Shown: positions 30,084-41,062 of the stretch, one piece after another | Layout of the letters: each line of letters opens with the position of its first letter | Position numbering within the stretch: the first letter of the stretch is position 1 | Source of the DNA: Chloroflexota bacterium | Lineage (GTDB): Bacteria > Chloroflexota > UBA6077 > FW602-bin22 | Direction of reading: 5' to 3' | Assembly: GCA_016875715.1 (NCBI GenBank) | Contig: VGOZ01000004.1 | Coordinates: forward strand, 1,448-65,447 | DNA length: 64,000 nucleotides | The notes under the pieces: generated by a model | What the model was told of the DNA's origin: nothing | Database searches by the model: none | The model's input: the letters and a program-made list of their open reading frames with translations, nothing else | Program-made: the position numbers and the translations under genes

Positions 30084-32096
30084 ATGGTCGTAGTTCGCTG
30101 CGAGATCACACGCCGGGAGCCGTTCGCTGACGGCATCTCTTTCGGCGCGGTGGGGCCATACGAGCGGTTCGATGGATTCCTCCACTACGCGGTCGACCCG
30201 CTCCACGGGGCAAATCGGTCGATCGTCGATCTCGACCGCGCGCCGCGCAACGCGCAGGGGCGCGCAACTTTTCGTGCCGGGTTTTGTCTCCTCCACCCGG
30301 CCGATCCCGCGCGGGCGCGGCGGAGCCTCCTCTACTTCGTCGTCAACCGGGGGCGTCTGGGCCTGCCGATGAACCGTCCCGCGGTGCAGCCCGAGCCTGT
30401 GGACCGTTTCGACTACGGCGATGGCTTCCTCATGTGTCATGGATGGACGGTCGGGATGGCCGGGTGGCAGTGGGACGTCGAACCGCGCCCGGGTCTCATC
30501 GGTCTGGACGCCCCGCAGGCTATGGAGGGCGACCGCCCCATTCAGGGGGAGATCCTGGTGCAGTTCCAGCCGAACGAGCCCCACCCGGATGAGCTGCTCG
30601 CCCATATGCCGCTCCATCCGCCGCCAGGCAAACTCTCCTGGGCGCACCGGCCTTATCCCGCGGCCGACCTGGATGACCCCCGTGCGCGCCTGACGGTGAA
30701 GGCCTGGCCGGGCGGTCCCCGATACGCTATCGAACGCTCCCGATGGCGTTTCGCCCGCGACGTCGGCGGTCGTCCGGTTCCCGACGATCGGTATGTCTGG
30801 CTCGAAGGTGGCTTCCAGCCTGGACTCGTCTACGAACTGGTGTATCGCACACGGATCTGCCCGGTCGTCGGGACCGGACTCCTAGCGACGCGTGACTGCA
30901 TCTCCTTTCTCCGATACGGCACCGCGGCGGAGGGGAACCCCCTCGCCGGTGTCATCGATGTCGCGCACGGTTTCGGCGTCTCGCAGTGCGGGCGGTTCCT
31001 CCGTCAGTTCCTGTACGACGCACAGAACCTCGACGAATCGGGTCGCGTCGTCTTCGACGGCGTCATCCCCGACGTCGCGGGTGCCCGACGCGGCGAGTTC
31101 AACCACCGTTTCGCACAACCGTCCTCGCAGCACGCCTTCGGCTTCGGCCACATGCCGCCCTTCACCGACGGTGATGTCTTCGACCCGGTCACCGGAGTCA
31201 CCGATGGACTACTGCGCCGCCAGCGTGAGCGCGGTGGCGTGCCGAAGGTCATCACGCCGAATACGTCGTCGGAGTACTGGCGGATCGACTGCTCGCTTAT
31301 CCACACCGACCCCACAGGCGCGCACGACGTCGAGCCGCCCCCGGGCTCGCGTGTGTACCTGATGGCCGGCACCCAGCATGGTCCGGGGACACTGCCGCTA
31401 AATGACCTCACTCCCGCAGGCGCGCGTGGCGCCCACTCCTTCGATGTCGTCGACTACATGCCCGTCCTGCGCGCGATGCTGGAGAGCCTCGATCGATGGG
31501 TGCGCGATGGGGTGGAGCCGCCGCCCAGCGTGTTCCCTCGCCTCGCGGACGGCACCGCTGTCCCGCGCGAGCATGTTCTGGAGAAGCTGGCGCGCATCCC
31601 CGGTGTCACGACGCTGGACCCGGCCCTGCTCCCACGCCTGGCGCGCGTCGATCTGGGGCCGGAGGCCTCGCGTGGGATCGGGTGTTTCCCGGCGCGAGCC
31701 GGCGCGACCTACGCCAGTTACGTGAGCGACGTGGACGAGTCCGGCAACGAGGTCTGTGGGATTCGCCTACCCGACCTTACCGCGCCGGTAGGCTCCCACC
31801 TGGGCTGGATCCCCCGCCACGTCAGTCAGGGCGGGCTCGGTCAGGGCGTGGACATGTATGGGTCGACCATCCCGCTCCCCGCGACACGTGCCGAGCGGGA
31901 GCGCCGGGACGACCCTCGCCTGGCGATCGGCGAGCGGTATCGCGATCGCGAGGACTATCTCGCCCGTGTCCGCGCCGCGGCGGAAGAACTGGCCCGCCAG
32001 CGCTACCTGCTGGTCGAAGACGTGGAGGTGGTCGTCGCCAACTGTGCGGTACGGTACGATGCCTTCGCCGCGATTCCCGCCGGAGCCACGCGGTAG
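30084..32096 (+). CDS. Large conserved hypothetical protein, possibly alpha/beta-hydrolase-like
   Basis: About 670 aa. GGGAG SD 5 nt before ATG 30084. FGAVGPYERFDGFLHYAVDP...LYFVVNRG resembles a family I recall as alpha/beta hydrolase domain-containing (unverified). Confidence 0.5.
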   Translation: MVVVRCEITRREPFADGISFGAVGPYERFDGFLHYAVDPLHGANRSIVDLDRAPRNAQGRATFRAGFCLLHPADPARARRSLLYFVVNRGRLGLPMNRPAVQPEPVDRFDYGDGFLMCHGWTVGMAGWQWDVEPRPGLIGLDAPQAMEGDRPIQGEILVQFQPNEPHPDELLAHMPLHPPPGKLSWAHRPYPAADLDDPRARLTVKAWPGGPRYAIERSRWRFARDVGGRPVPDDRYVWLEGGFQPGLVYELVYRTRICPVVGTGLLATRDCISFLRYGTAAEGNPLAGVIDVAHGFGVSQCGRFLRQFLYDAQNLDESGRVVFDGVIPDVAGARRGEFNHRFAQPSSQHAFGFGHMPPFTDGDVFDPVTGVTDGLLRRQRERGGVPKVITPNTSSEYWRIDCSLIHTDPTGAHDVEPPPGSRVYLMAGTQHGPGTLPLNDLTPAGARGAHSFDVVDYMPVLRAMLESLDRWVRDGVEPPPSVFPRLADGTAVPREHVLEKLARIPGVTTLDPALLPRLARVDLGPEASRGIGCFPARAGATYASYVSDVDESGNEVCGIRLPDLTAPVGSHLGWIPRHVSQGGLGQGVDMYGSTIPLPATRAERERRDDPRLAIGERYRDREDYLARVRAAAEELARQRYLLVEDVEVVVANCAVRYDAFAAIPAGATR

Positions 32097-32134
32097 CGCA
32101 GCACCAACCCCACTGCGGCGAACTCGGACTCAAG

Positions 32135-32160
32135 CGGCCGCGCCGCCTCAGGCGCGGCCG
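32135..32160. terminator. 10-bp perfect GC hairpin between convergent genes
   Basis: CGGCCGCGCC-GCCTCA-GGCGCGGCCG. The right arm overlaps the last codons of the 32148-32573 gene. No U-tract. Confidence 0.35.
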
Positions 32161-32573
32161 AACGTCCGCTGCGGCGTGCCAGGCGCCAGAGAGAAGTGCG
32201 TATGGATCGCGCGGAGCGCGCCATCATCGTCAACACGGAAGATGACAGTGGCGCGACCGGGCCGATCGAATGGTGCGTGGATCTCGTCGAATCCGGTCGA
32301 TGACCACGGGCAGACGGCCCAGCGCATCGACCCCGTCCCTCCGGTCGCCAGCGCGGTCATATCGAAGTGGAACCCCTCGATATTCGGCCAGATGCCGTGC
32401 CACTGTTCCTCGGTCAGCCGGCCGAGGCCACGGACGAGCGAGGCGCGTGTGCCGAAGCCAATGACATCGGCGGCAAAGAGGGCACGGGCCGCCGTGAAGT
32501 CGCGCGTCTGGACGCAGGTTTCCATCTGGCCAAACCAGGCGCGGATCATCGCGTCGTCACGAGTCTCATCCAC
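32148..32573 (-). CDS. SnoaL-like/NTF2-fold protein (DUF4440-like)
   Basis: 141 aa. IRAWFGQMETCVQTRDFTAARALFAADVIGFGT...TVIFRVDDDGALRAIHTHFS. Confidence 0.7.
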   Translation of the reverse strand: MDETRDDAMIRAWFGQMETCVQTRDFTAARALFAADVIGFGTRASLVRGLGRLTEEQWHGIWPNIEGFHFDMTALATGGTGSMRWAVCPWSSTGFDEIHAPFDRPGRATVIFRVDDDGALRAIHTHFSLAPGTPQRTFGRA

Positions 32574-32611
32574 GGTGGCTACCTCCCACGCGCATCGGCG
32601 CCAACCGTAGG

Positions 32612-33490
32612 CTACCGACGGCGCGATACAGGTCCGATTGCGCGGTGGGCGAGCGGATCGACGGCCTCGCGCGGCGGCGGCAGCGGCGCGGTGTCGCTCT
32701 CGATGCCGTCAAACGCGGCGAGTCCCCGCTCGATCTCCGCTCTGCCCCGTAGCCCGATGAGAAGGTGCGCCAGTTCGCCCAGCGGTGTGCGCGGTTGTTC
32801 GCTATCGTCGGACACGGCCGCGAGCAACTCGGCGGCTCGCCGCCGGGGCGCGCAGATCCCCGCCGCGATCTCACTGCCCTGCCGGAGCAGGTTGCGCGCT
32901 GTGTCGGACGATCCCGCCCTACGCTCGCGGTCGGCCAGACGTGCCAGGGCGAGCACCGCGATCGGCCCGCGCCCGTGGACGCGATCGAGGGCGCGCTGGA
33001 GATGGGCGTGGGCTCGACCCGTATGGCGCGCGGCCAGGACCGTTCCCACCAGAAGTTCGGCGCGGGCCACCGCAGCCGGCGATCCTCCGCCGGCGATCGC
33101 CGCCTGTGCCGCGGCGAGCGCCGCGACCTCCTGTCGCTGTGCCAGCAGCGCTTCTGCCCGGATCGCGAGCGCGGCCGCATCGGTGTCACGCTGGATCGTG
33201 GCGAGCGCGCCGGCCGGATCCCCCGTCGCCAGCAACGCGTCGGCCCGCTCCGCCCGGGCGCGCGACTCCTCTTCCGGCGCGGCCAGCACCTCGCCGACCG
33301 TGCACCCCAGGCGCCCAGCGATGTGGTACAGCGTCGCAAGAGAAGGCGCGACAAGTCCCCGCTCGGCGCGACTGAGCAGGCTGATCGAGACGTCGGGGCC
33401 GGCCAGATCGGCCAGCGTGAGGGGCGGGCGATGCTCGGCGCGTAACCGGCGTAGCCGCGCGCCATGGGTCTCGCTCCAGCCGGGCGACAT
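32612..33490 (-). CDS. XRE-family HTH regulator with helical-repeat C-terminal domain
   Basis: LRRLRAEHRPPLTLADLAGPDVSISLLSRAERGLVAPSLATLYHIAGRLG, then an Ala/Leu-rich TPR-like region. Divergent from gmd. The start (ATG 33490) is uncertain. Confidence 0.7.
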   Translation of the reverse strand: MSPGWSETHGARLRRLRAEHRPPLTLADLAGPDVSISLLSRAERGLVAPSLATLYHIAGRLGCTVGEVLAAPEEESRARAERADALLATGDPAGALATIQRDTDAAALAIRAEALLAQRQEVAALAAAQAAIAGGGSPAAVARAELLVGTVLAARHTGRAHAHLQRALDRVHGRGPIAVLALARLADRERRAGSSDTARNLLRQGSEIAAGICAPRRRAAELLAAVSDDSEQPRTPLGELAHLLIGLRGRAEIERGLAAFDGIESDTAPLPPPREAVDPLAHRAIGPVSRRR

Positions 33491-33514
33491 TCCCCGAAGT
33501 GTACCCGAATGTGA

Positions 33515-34594
<1,080 letters not shown>

Positions 34595-34703
34595 CCGGCG
34601 CCAGTGCCGAATATCGCCATGGGCGGTGCCGGCTGGCGCCGTTCACAGTCGGCGGTGCACGGAGCACGTGGTAGACTGGCGCGCGGTGGTGGTGGGGCCG
34701 TGG

Positions 34704-36198
34704 ATGAGGCTGCGCGCGTCGTGGTTCCGCGGGCTCTGTGCGGCCGCCGTTCTGTGTCTATGCGTCCTGCTCGGCGCCGGTCACGTCGCGGCTCAGACCG
34801 AGGACTGCGTCGCTCGCGGTTCGATCCCCAATGCGGACGAGATCGCCGAGACTCCGTTCTGGAAGACCGAGTACGTCTTCGACTAGTTCGGGCCTGATAC
34901 CGCGACGACGGATGGCCTGAGCCTCTTCTTCCTCGATCACACGACGCCGGAACTCATCCGCATGATCCTCGGGGATCCAAGCCTGAAGACGTGCAGTTTG
35001 CCCACGCCGTGGGATGGCGGTGACACCGCGGCTCGCGAGCGATCGGTTCTCCTCATCGGGCCGCGTGCTTTCTATCTGCTCGCTACAACAGCGGAGAGCG
35101 CTGTTCCGGTGCTGTATCGTGCCGATCGCTTTCCGACGGCGATCCGCGATGGCTGGCGCGAGTTACGCGAGATGGCCGGTGCGGCGACGCTGGGCCTCGC
35201 GGCGGTCGCCCAGGACGCGACCGTGTTCGTGCTCCGCTCCGGACCGGGCTTTGCGGTCGACTGGCAGCCGATCGGCTCCGCGGCCGTGGAGGCATCGGTC
35301 CAGACCGGCGCGACATCCGACCTCGCGCCGTTCACGAATCGGCCCGCCGCCGGTGCCACCGTCATGCGCGAGGGGATCTACGTCTTCGGCGGGCGGACCA
35401 CTCCGCGCGACGTGACACGCATTCCGCTGGAGCGCCGCTCGCCCAATACGCCGGAGAACCTCCCCGCGATGACCAACGGTCGGGTCGATGCCCAGGCGCT
35501 CGTCCACGGCAACTTCATCTATCTCGTCGGCGGGAACGATGACGGTAAACCGGCGATCGAACGCACGCGGTATCCCGTATCAACCGATCCGGCGCGCGTC
35601 GTATGGGATCCGCTGCCCGCACCTCCGGCCGAGGGCGGTGCGATCATCAGCGCCGTCGTGAGTCGCGGCAAGCTCTGGATCGTCCGCGAGGAGGGTCAGA
35701 TCCAGTCGATGCTGCTCGCCGACATTGCTCCCGGGAACGCTCGCGGCCCACTGGGATCGTACGATACGACCGGTCTACCGCGTCGCGAAGGGCGACAGTT
35801 TCACGCTGGAGATGCCCTGGTCCTATTCGGGCCCGGCGACGCTCGATCGCGTTACGGTCGACCTCCAAGCATCCCAGTTTTACAGCACCGACGATCGACG
35901 TGACTTCGCGCGCGTCACCAACCCCACGATCACGAACATGAACCTTGCGGCCACGCCGCACAAGAGCCCCGTAGGGGCGCCTTCGGTGATGCTGAGTGTC
36001 ACGATTCCGCAGGACGCGAATGTCCGCTTCCGCGCACGCACTCAGTATCTCGCGATGGTCACGCCGAAAGCAGGATCCGGCCGCGACTGTCGGCAGACCC
36101 TCTTTCTTCCTCCGTGTCAACTGACGCTCGGCCCGCCGCAGGTCGTGCGCTTCATCGTCGATACTGCCACGGCAACACCGACACCGATTGGGGGGTAG
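34704..36198 (+). pseudogene. Secreted Kelch-like repeat protein disrupted by an in-frame TAG and a frameshift
   Basis: The signal-peptide ORF (MRLRASWFRGLCAAAVLCLCVLLGAGHVAAQ) is in the same frame as ORF 34962-35903, separated only by TAG 34884-34886, and coding-like codons run across the gap. Repeats IYVFGG and FIYLVGG. Coding signal moves to frame +1 near 35721-35727 and continues to 36198. Confidence 0.55.
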
Positions 36199-36200
36199 CT

Positions 36201-36830
36201 GTGGCGACGGTAGAAGCGCGTTTCTCGGGTCCGGGCCCAAAGGCGAATGGGCTCGCCGCTGATATCGACGGTCTCTGGGTGGCGGACCAGGTCGACAATC
36301 GGATCTACAAAGTGCGGTACGGCGACGGCTCGATCGTTACCTCGTTCGATACGCCGGCTCGTAATCTGAGCGGCTGCGGTTTCGGCGGCGGATCGGTCTG
36401 GGGTGGCTCCAACATCCGTCCGGCCGCCGTCACCCGGCATGATCCAGCGACCGGCTGGTGCCAGCAGTACATCATTCTGCCCGACGGCGCGAGCGGCGGG
36501 GTTCACGGCGTGGAGTGGCACGAGGGCTTTCTCTGGGTCACTCGTCCGGGCTTTCTCAAACTGCAGAAGATCGATGTGGCCACGGAACAGGTGGTGCACG
36601 AGATCCCCTTCCCCGAGCCTCGCAACCACGGCGTCTATTTCGTCGATGGACGCATCGTCGTCAACGAGACGAACAACGGCAACGTCTACGAACTGGATCC
36701 CACCGATGGGCGGGTGATCGAGCGATGGAACGTGACGGGCTTTGAGATTCACGGGATGACGCGCGATCCTCAGGGGCAGGTCTGGTTTTGCGATGCGGTG
36801 ACAAATCGGATCGGCGTCGCGCGCCGGTAA
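36201..36830 (+). CDS. Beta-propeller repeat protein (NHL/Vgb-lyase-like), hypothetical
   Basis: GTG 36201 is preceded by a G-rich SD and overlaps the upstream stop region. Repeats LWVADQVDNRIYKV, FLWVTRPG, VYELDPTDGRV, VWFCDAVTNRI. Confidence 0.55.
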   Translation: MATVEARFSGPGPKANGLAADIDGLWVADQVDNRIYKVRYGDGSIVTSFDTPARNLSGCGFGGGSVWGGSNIRPAAVTRHDPATGWCQQYIILPDGASGGVHGVEWHEGFLWVTRPGFLKLQKIDVATEQVVHEIPFPEPRNHGVYFVDGRIVVNETNNGNVYELDPTDGRVIERWNVTGFEIHGMTRDPQGQVWFCDAVTNRIGVARR

Positions 36831-36848
36831 TGCCGGCGGTCGGGCCGA

Positions 36849-37814
36849 TCAGTAGTTGACGGTGCGGGTCAGGTGGTAGGGTCGGTCGCCTGACCCGAGC
36901 CGCTGTGACTCGTGCCAGAGCCACCAGTCGATCTCAAACGCGCGCGCGCTCACGCCGTATCGGGCGAGGGCATCGCGCAACCGCTCCACTGCCAGGATCG
37001 TGTGCGCACGAATTTCGATCTCTTCCCAGCAGTTCGGCGGCAGGAGGAATCGGTGGTCGATCTTCTGCTCGAGGCTGGGGAGGTACACCAAGATGCCCCA
37101 GGCGCGGAGGATCTGTGGAAGCTTGTAGTCGGCGAACGCGGTCAGCCGGTCGAGGTCATCGAACGCGCCCCACTTCTCGTCGCCAAACGCACCGTGCAAG
37201 TCGGATGCCAGCAACTGCGCCCGCTTGTAGAAGCGCACCTCGCCACCCCGATAGTCGGCAACATCGTCGAAAGAGGGGAACTCGCTCACGACGGAGCGCA
37301 CCAGGCGTACCGCCGAGCCTCCCGCGGCCTCGATGGCGCGGGCGAACGCCCCCTCGTACCGATCGAGCAGGACCGTCCCGACCTCGTTCAGGTTCTCGGT
37401 GCGGCGGGCCAGCATGGGGATCTCCGCCTCGCCTCGAAAGATGCGCGCCACCTCGGCCTGACTCATCGTCGCGAGGTGGCACGCGCTCGTGAGAGGGACG
37501 CCTTCATCCATGGCACGGGCGAGACAGTAGGCGAGCGCGACATAGCCGTTGAGTCGCCCGTTCGGCGCCTCGACGATCCATCGCGGCTCGCCCCAGAACG
37601 AGAAGTTCAGCGCGTCGAGGACGAGGATGAGATTGCAGTCCCCCTCGTCACCGGTCAGGCGGTGGAACGACCGATCCCAGATCGGAACGGAGAACCGCCG
37701 CGCGAGCGACGGCGCGAGCGAGTCGATTGCACCCTGATCCAGGTGCACGTACCGGCTACGCTCGACGACGCGCTGAATCGACTCCAGGACTCCCGAACTC
37801 TCCCTCACGGCCAT
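36849..37814 (-). CDS. Queuosine salvage family protein (DUF2419/QNG1-like)
   Basis: LILVLDALNFSFWGEP...YKRAQLLASDLHGAF...LTAFADYKLPQILRAWGIL...EIEIRAHTILAVERL. ATG 37814 overlaps the histidine kinase 3' end by 59 nt. Confidence 0.8.
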   Translation of the reverse strand: MAVRESSGVLESIQRVVERSRYVHLDQGAIDSLAPSLARRFSVPIWDRSFHRLTGDEGDCNLILVLDALNFSFWGEPRWIVEAPNGRLNGYVALAYCLARAMDEGVPLTSACHLATMSQAEVARIFRGEAEIPMLARRTENLNEVGTVLLDRYEGAFARAIEAAGGSAVRLVRSVVSEFPSFDDVADYRGGEVRFYKRAQLLASDLHGAFGDEKWGAFDDLDRLTAFADYKLPQILRAWGILVYLPSLEQKIDHRFLLPPNCWEEIEIRAHTILAVERLRDALARYGVSARAFEIDWWLWHESQRLGSGDRPYHLTRTVNY

Positions 37815-38913
37815 CACGGCGCGGCATTGTAACCGAGGAGATAGGGAGCCGCGCCCGAAGCCGAGTCCCCTGCCCCGGGGCACTGACGATCGCCAGCGCT
37901 CCCCCGATCTCGCCGATACGGTCGGCGAGTCCAGCCAACCCAAGGCTGCCGTGCCGCATCAACCCGGCGAGGGTATCCGGCGGCGCGAAGCCGCAGCCAT
38001 CGTCGATCACCTCGATCTCCACGGTGTCTGGACCCCAGCGCAGATCGATCTGGATGCGGCCGGCGTCGGCGTGGCGGACAGCGTTGTTGACCGCTTCCTG
38101 GGCGAAGCGATAGAGCGCAAGTTCGTGGGCGGGCAGCAGATACATCGCCCGACCCTCGGGATGGAGGGAAATCGCCATCTCGGTGGAGCGAGAGACATCC
38201 GCGACGTAGGCGGCGATCGCCGCCTCCAGGCCCAGATCCTCCAGGATCGACGGCCGCAGATCGCGGCTGATGCGCCTGACCTCGACCAGGCAGTCGTCGA
38301 TCATATCGTGGATGCGCACGAGTTCGGCCGCGGCCTCACCCAGCCCGCGGCGGTGTTGCAGCACATCCATCTGGCGTGAGACGGCGACCAGTTGCTGGGC
38401 GGTGCTATCGTGCAATTCCCGGGCGAGGCGGGTTCGCTCGCGGGCGGATGCCGCTTCGGCCGCGCGCGCGACCGCGAGTTGAACGTCGGTGCGCTCCTGC
38501 GCCAGCGCCAGCGATGCCTGGGCGGCGAGGAGTTTGAGCACCACCTCATCGCCCGGTACCCAGGCGTGGCCGCGCCGAGGCCGCGCGATGACACTGCCGC
38601 CCAGCGCCGGATCCGTCACCAGCGGAACGGTGAGCCAGTTCCGACCGATCGCGATCTGGGCCAGCGGGCGGCCCCGCCAGCCCCGGGTGCGCCGCCCCAC
38701 CGCGGCGCGGATGATCGGCTCCGCTTCGCCGGCGGCGCGCACCGCGATCGCCACTGCCGAGGCGTCCACCAGCGTGATCGCCCAGTTCGCTAGGGCCAGG
38801 AGCGACGCATCCCGGTCGGCATGGGCGAGGATCTCCTCCGTGGCGAGTTCGAGATCGACCAGTTCCTGATGGGTGATCTCCCACGCGTGTCGGTTCCGGG
38901 GCGATGCGATCAC
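37756..38913 (-). CDS. Cytoplasmic sensor histidine kinase (GAF-like N-terminus, HisKA_3, HATPase_c)
   Basis: H-box RTRLARELHDSTAQQL, N-box AQEAVNNAVRHA, G-boxes DDGCGF and GLAGLADR. No TM segment. GTGA overlap with the response regulator. Confidence 0.88.
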   Translation of the reverse strand: MIASPRNRHAWEITHQELVDLELATEEILAHADRDASLLALANWAITLVDASAVAIAVRAAGEAEPIIRAAVGRRTRGWRGRPLAQIAIGRNWLTVPLVTDPALGGSVIARPRRGHAWVPGDEVVLKLLAAQASLALAQERTDVQLAVARAAEAASARERTRLARELHDSTAQQLVAVSRQMDVLQHRRGLGEAAAELVRIHDMIDDCLVEVRRISRDLRPSILEDLGLEAAIAAYVADVSRSTEMAISLHPEGRAMYLLPAHELALYRFAQEAVNNAVRHADAGRIQIDLRWGPDTVEIEVIDDGCGFAPPDTLAGLMRHGSLGLAGLADRIGEIGGALAIVSAPGQGTRLRARLPISSVTMPRRDGREGEFGSPGVDSARRRA

Positions 38914-39617
38914 ACGTGATCCGGCAGATCGGTGAGGTCGAGCAGTCCCACCTTGAGCCCGCGCACGATCGCCTCCGTGCGCGAGCCAACATCTAGCTTC
39001 TGGAAGATGTGGATCAGGTGGACCTGAACGGTGCGAGCGGAGATCGACAGGCGATTCGCGATCCCCCGGTTGGTCAGGCCTCCGGCGGCCAGGCGCAACA
39101 CCTCGATCTCGCGCGGTGTCAGACCGGGATCGAGCGGCCGTTCCTCGATCCTCCCCGCCGCGCGGCGGGCTGCGACCGCGGTGAGCGCCGGGTCGATCAC
39201 CGACTCGCCGTCGCGTACCGCCCGCACCGCCTCGATCAGTGCCGGACCGCGAATGCTCTTGAGAATATACCCGGCCACCCCTTCATCGAGGAGGGCATGA
39301 ACGTACGCGGGGTCGTCGTACGCACTGAGGGCGAGGATCGCGACGCGGGGCATCGTCCGCTTGATCTCTCGGGTCGCGGCGATCCCGTTTGCCCCGGGGA
39401 GGGCCACGTCCATCAGGATCACGTCCGGCCGCATGCGCGATGCGACGGCGATCGCTTCGCCGCCATCGCCCGCCTCGCCGATGACCTGGATATCGGGCGC
39501 GAGGTCGAGCAGATCGCGCGTCCCTCGACGGACCATCTCATGATCGTCCACGAGAAGCACACGAATCATCGTCGGGTGAGGGTCGACTGACGTCTTCGAG
39601 GTGCTGTCAAGGCTCAT
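38910..39617 (-). CDS. NarL/LuxR-family response regulator
   Basis: Receiver domain IRVLLVDDHEMVRRG...DVILMDVALPG. C-terminal LuxR HTH LTPREIEVLRLAAGGLTNRGIANRLSISARTVQVH. Confidence 0.92.
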   Translation of the reverse strand: MSLDSTSKTSVDPHPTMIRVLLVDDHEMVRRGTRDLLDLAPDIQVIGEAGDGGEAIAVASRMRPDVILMDVALPGANGIAATREIKRTMPRVAILALSAYDDPAYVHALLDEGVAGYILKSIRGPALIEAVRAVRDGESVIDPALTAVAARRAAGRIEERPLDPGLTPREIEVLRLAAGGLTNRGIANRLSISARTVQVHLIHIFQKLDVGSRTEAIVRGLKVGLLDLTDLPDHV

Positions 39618-39697
39618 CGCTCTGGTCCCTCACCGGAATGGACAGGACGCAGACATGCGGGTACCATCGCGTCATCCAGCTCGCGAGTGGAGGGCAC

Positions 39698-41032
39698 GTG
39701 GCTAGCCAAGCTTTGCACCGGCGGTTGTCTCGACGATCTCTTCTCAAGTGGTCGGCGCTGGGAGCGTTCGCGGTCGCGGCGTCTGGTTGTCAGGTCATTC
39801 CCGGGCTCGCGCCCAAGGCCAAGCTGAACGTATGGACGGACGCCACGTTCGCGCCGGGGTCGGACGACTATCAGACTCAGGAGATCGAGGCGTGGGCGAA
39901 GAATCGGGGGCACGAGGTCGAGGTTACCCGGGAGGGGGGGGGCAACGTGCAGACGAAGCTTCAAGCCGCTCTCGAGTCCAAGCAACTCCCTGACATTTCC
40001 CAAGTCGATAGTGGACGTTATACCCGATTTCATCCGACGAAGAGTCTGACCGATGTCTCCGACCTCTTCGGCGAGATCGGAAAGCAGTGGGGAGGGTGGT
40101 ACCAGATTTCACAGCAGGTCGTCACCAAAGACGGCAAGCAGTATGCGCTCCCCTACTCCATCGATAGTTCGCTGCTGCTCTACTGGAACGACGTGCTTCG
40201 TGAGGGTGGCGTACGGGAGTTTCCGACCGAATCCTGGCGAGCGATGGTCGACACGATGAAGCGGCTGATGAAGCCGCCCGATCTGTACGGCATTGGATTT
40301 CAGTTCAACAAGGCTGGAACTGACTCAGAGAACACTTTTGGCGTATGGGCGCTCGCGCACGGGGCGTCGCTCCAGAAACAAGATAGTCGAACGCTCAGCA
40401 TCAAGACGCCCGAAATGAAGTCCTTTCTCGAGGAGCTGAAGTGGTCCTGGGACCAAGGAGTCTATCCGCCCGGCACAACTGGATGGGATAACGCAGGGAA
40501 TAACACGGCGCTGCAGGATAAGAAAGCGATTGTGATTCACAACCCGGCTAGTCCGCTCGTCTGGTTCCGCAACAATAAGCCAGATTCGCTGCAACACATC
40601 GGCGTCTCCGCATCTCCAAAAGGCAAGGACGGTAAGTCGTACAATATCGCCTACCTGCGCGATGGATTCGCAGTGATGGCGACAGGCAACGACGCTGGCA
40701 TCGCGGCCAGCCGCGATCTTCTCAAGCATCTGTATTCCAAGGACGTGTACAGAAAGTGGATCGAGATCGCGTTTCCTGCCCCCGCGCTCAACGGATTGGA
40801 GGATATGGAGATCTGGAAGAACCCACAGCGGAAGGGGTTCCTGGATGCGGCGAAGGGAGGCGTTCGCGACGGCTATCCCGGCGAGCAGACCCCGGCCTAC
40901 GCCGAACTCCAGACCAGGACGCCGTGGCTGACGATGGCCACACGGATGATCGTGGACAAGTGGACGCCTGATCAGGCGATGGATGAACTGGACAAGATTG
41001 CGGTAGATGTCTACTCCAAGCACTTCAAATAG
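39698..41032 (+). CDS. ABC transporter substrate-binding protein (CUT1 sugar family), Tat/lipoprotein signal
   Basis: GGAGGG SD before GTG 39698. RRLSRRSLLKWSALGAFAVAASGC twin-arginine plus lipobox. Family-1 solute-binding fold. Confidence 0.88.
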   Translation: MASQALHRRLSRRSLLKWSALGAFAVAASGCQVIPGLAPKAKLNVWTDATFAPGSDDYQTQEIEAWAKNRGHEVEVTREGGGNVQTKLQAALESKQLPDISQVDSGRYTRFHPTKSLTDVSDLFGEIGKQWGGWYQISQQVVTKDGKQYALPYSIDSSLLLYWNDVLREGGVREFPTESWRAMVDTMKRLMKPPDLYGIGFQFNKAGTDSENTFGVWALAHGASLQKQDSRTLSIKTPEMKSFLEELKWSWDQGVYPPGTTGWDNAGNNTALQDKKAIVIHNPASPLVWFRNNKPDSLQHIGVSASPKGKDGKSYNIAYLRDGFAVMATGNDAGIAASRDLLKHLYSKDVYRKWIEIAFPAPALNGLEDMEIWKNPQRKGFLDAAKGGVRDGYPGEQTPAYAELQTRTPWLTMATRMIVDKWTPDQAMDELDKIAVDVYSKHFK

Positions 41033-41062
41033 GAGAGACGATCGACCGACTGATTTGTTTCG

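Noticed and set aside
34884-34886. The idea that the in-frame stops (TAG/TAA/TGA at six sites) reflect stop-codon reassignment or programmed readthrough.
   Set aside because: All three stop codons are involved, and all three also terminate clearly intact genes in the window. There are no pyl or sel machinery hints. Pseudogenisation or sequencing error is the simpler explanation.
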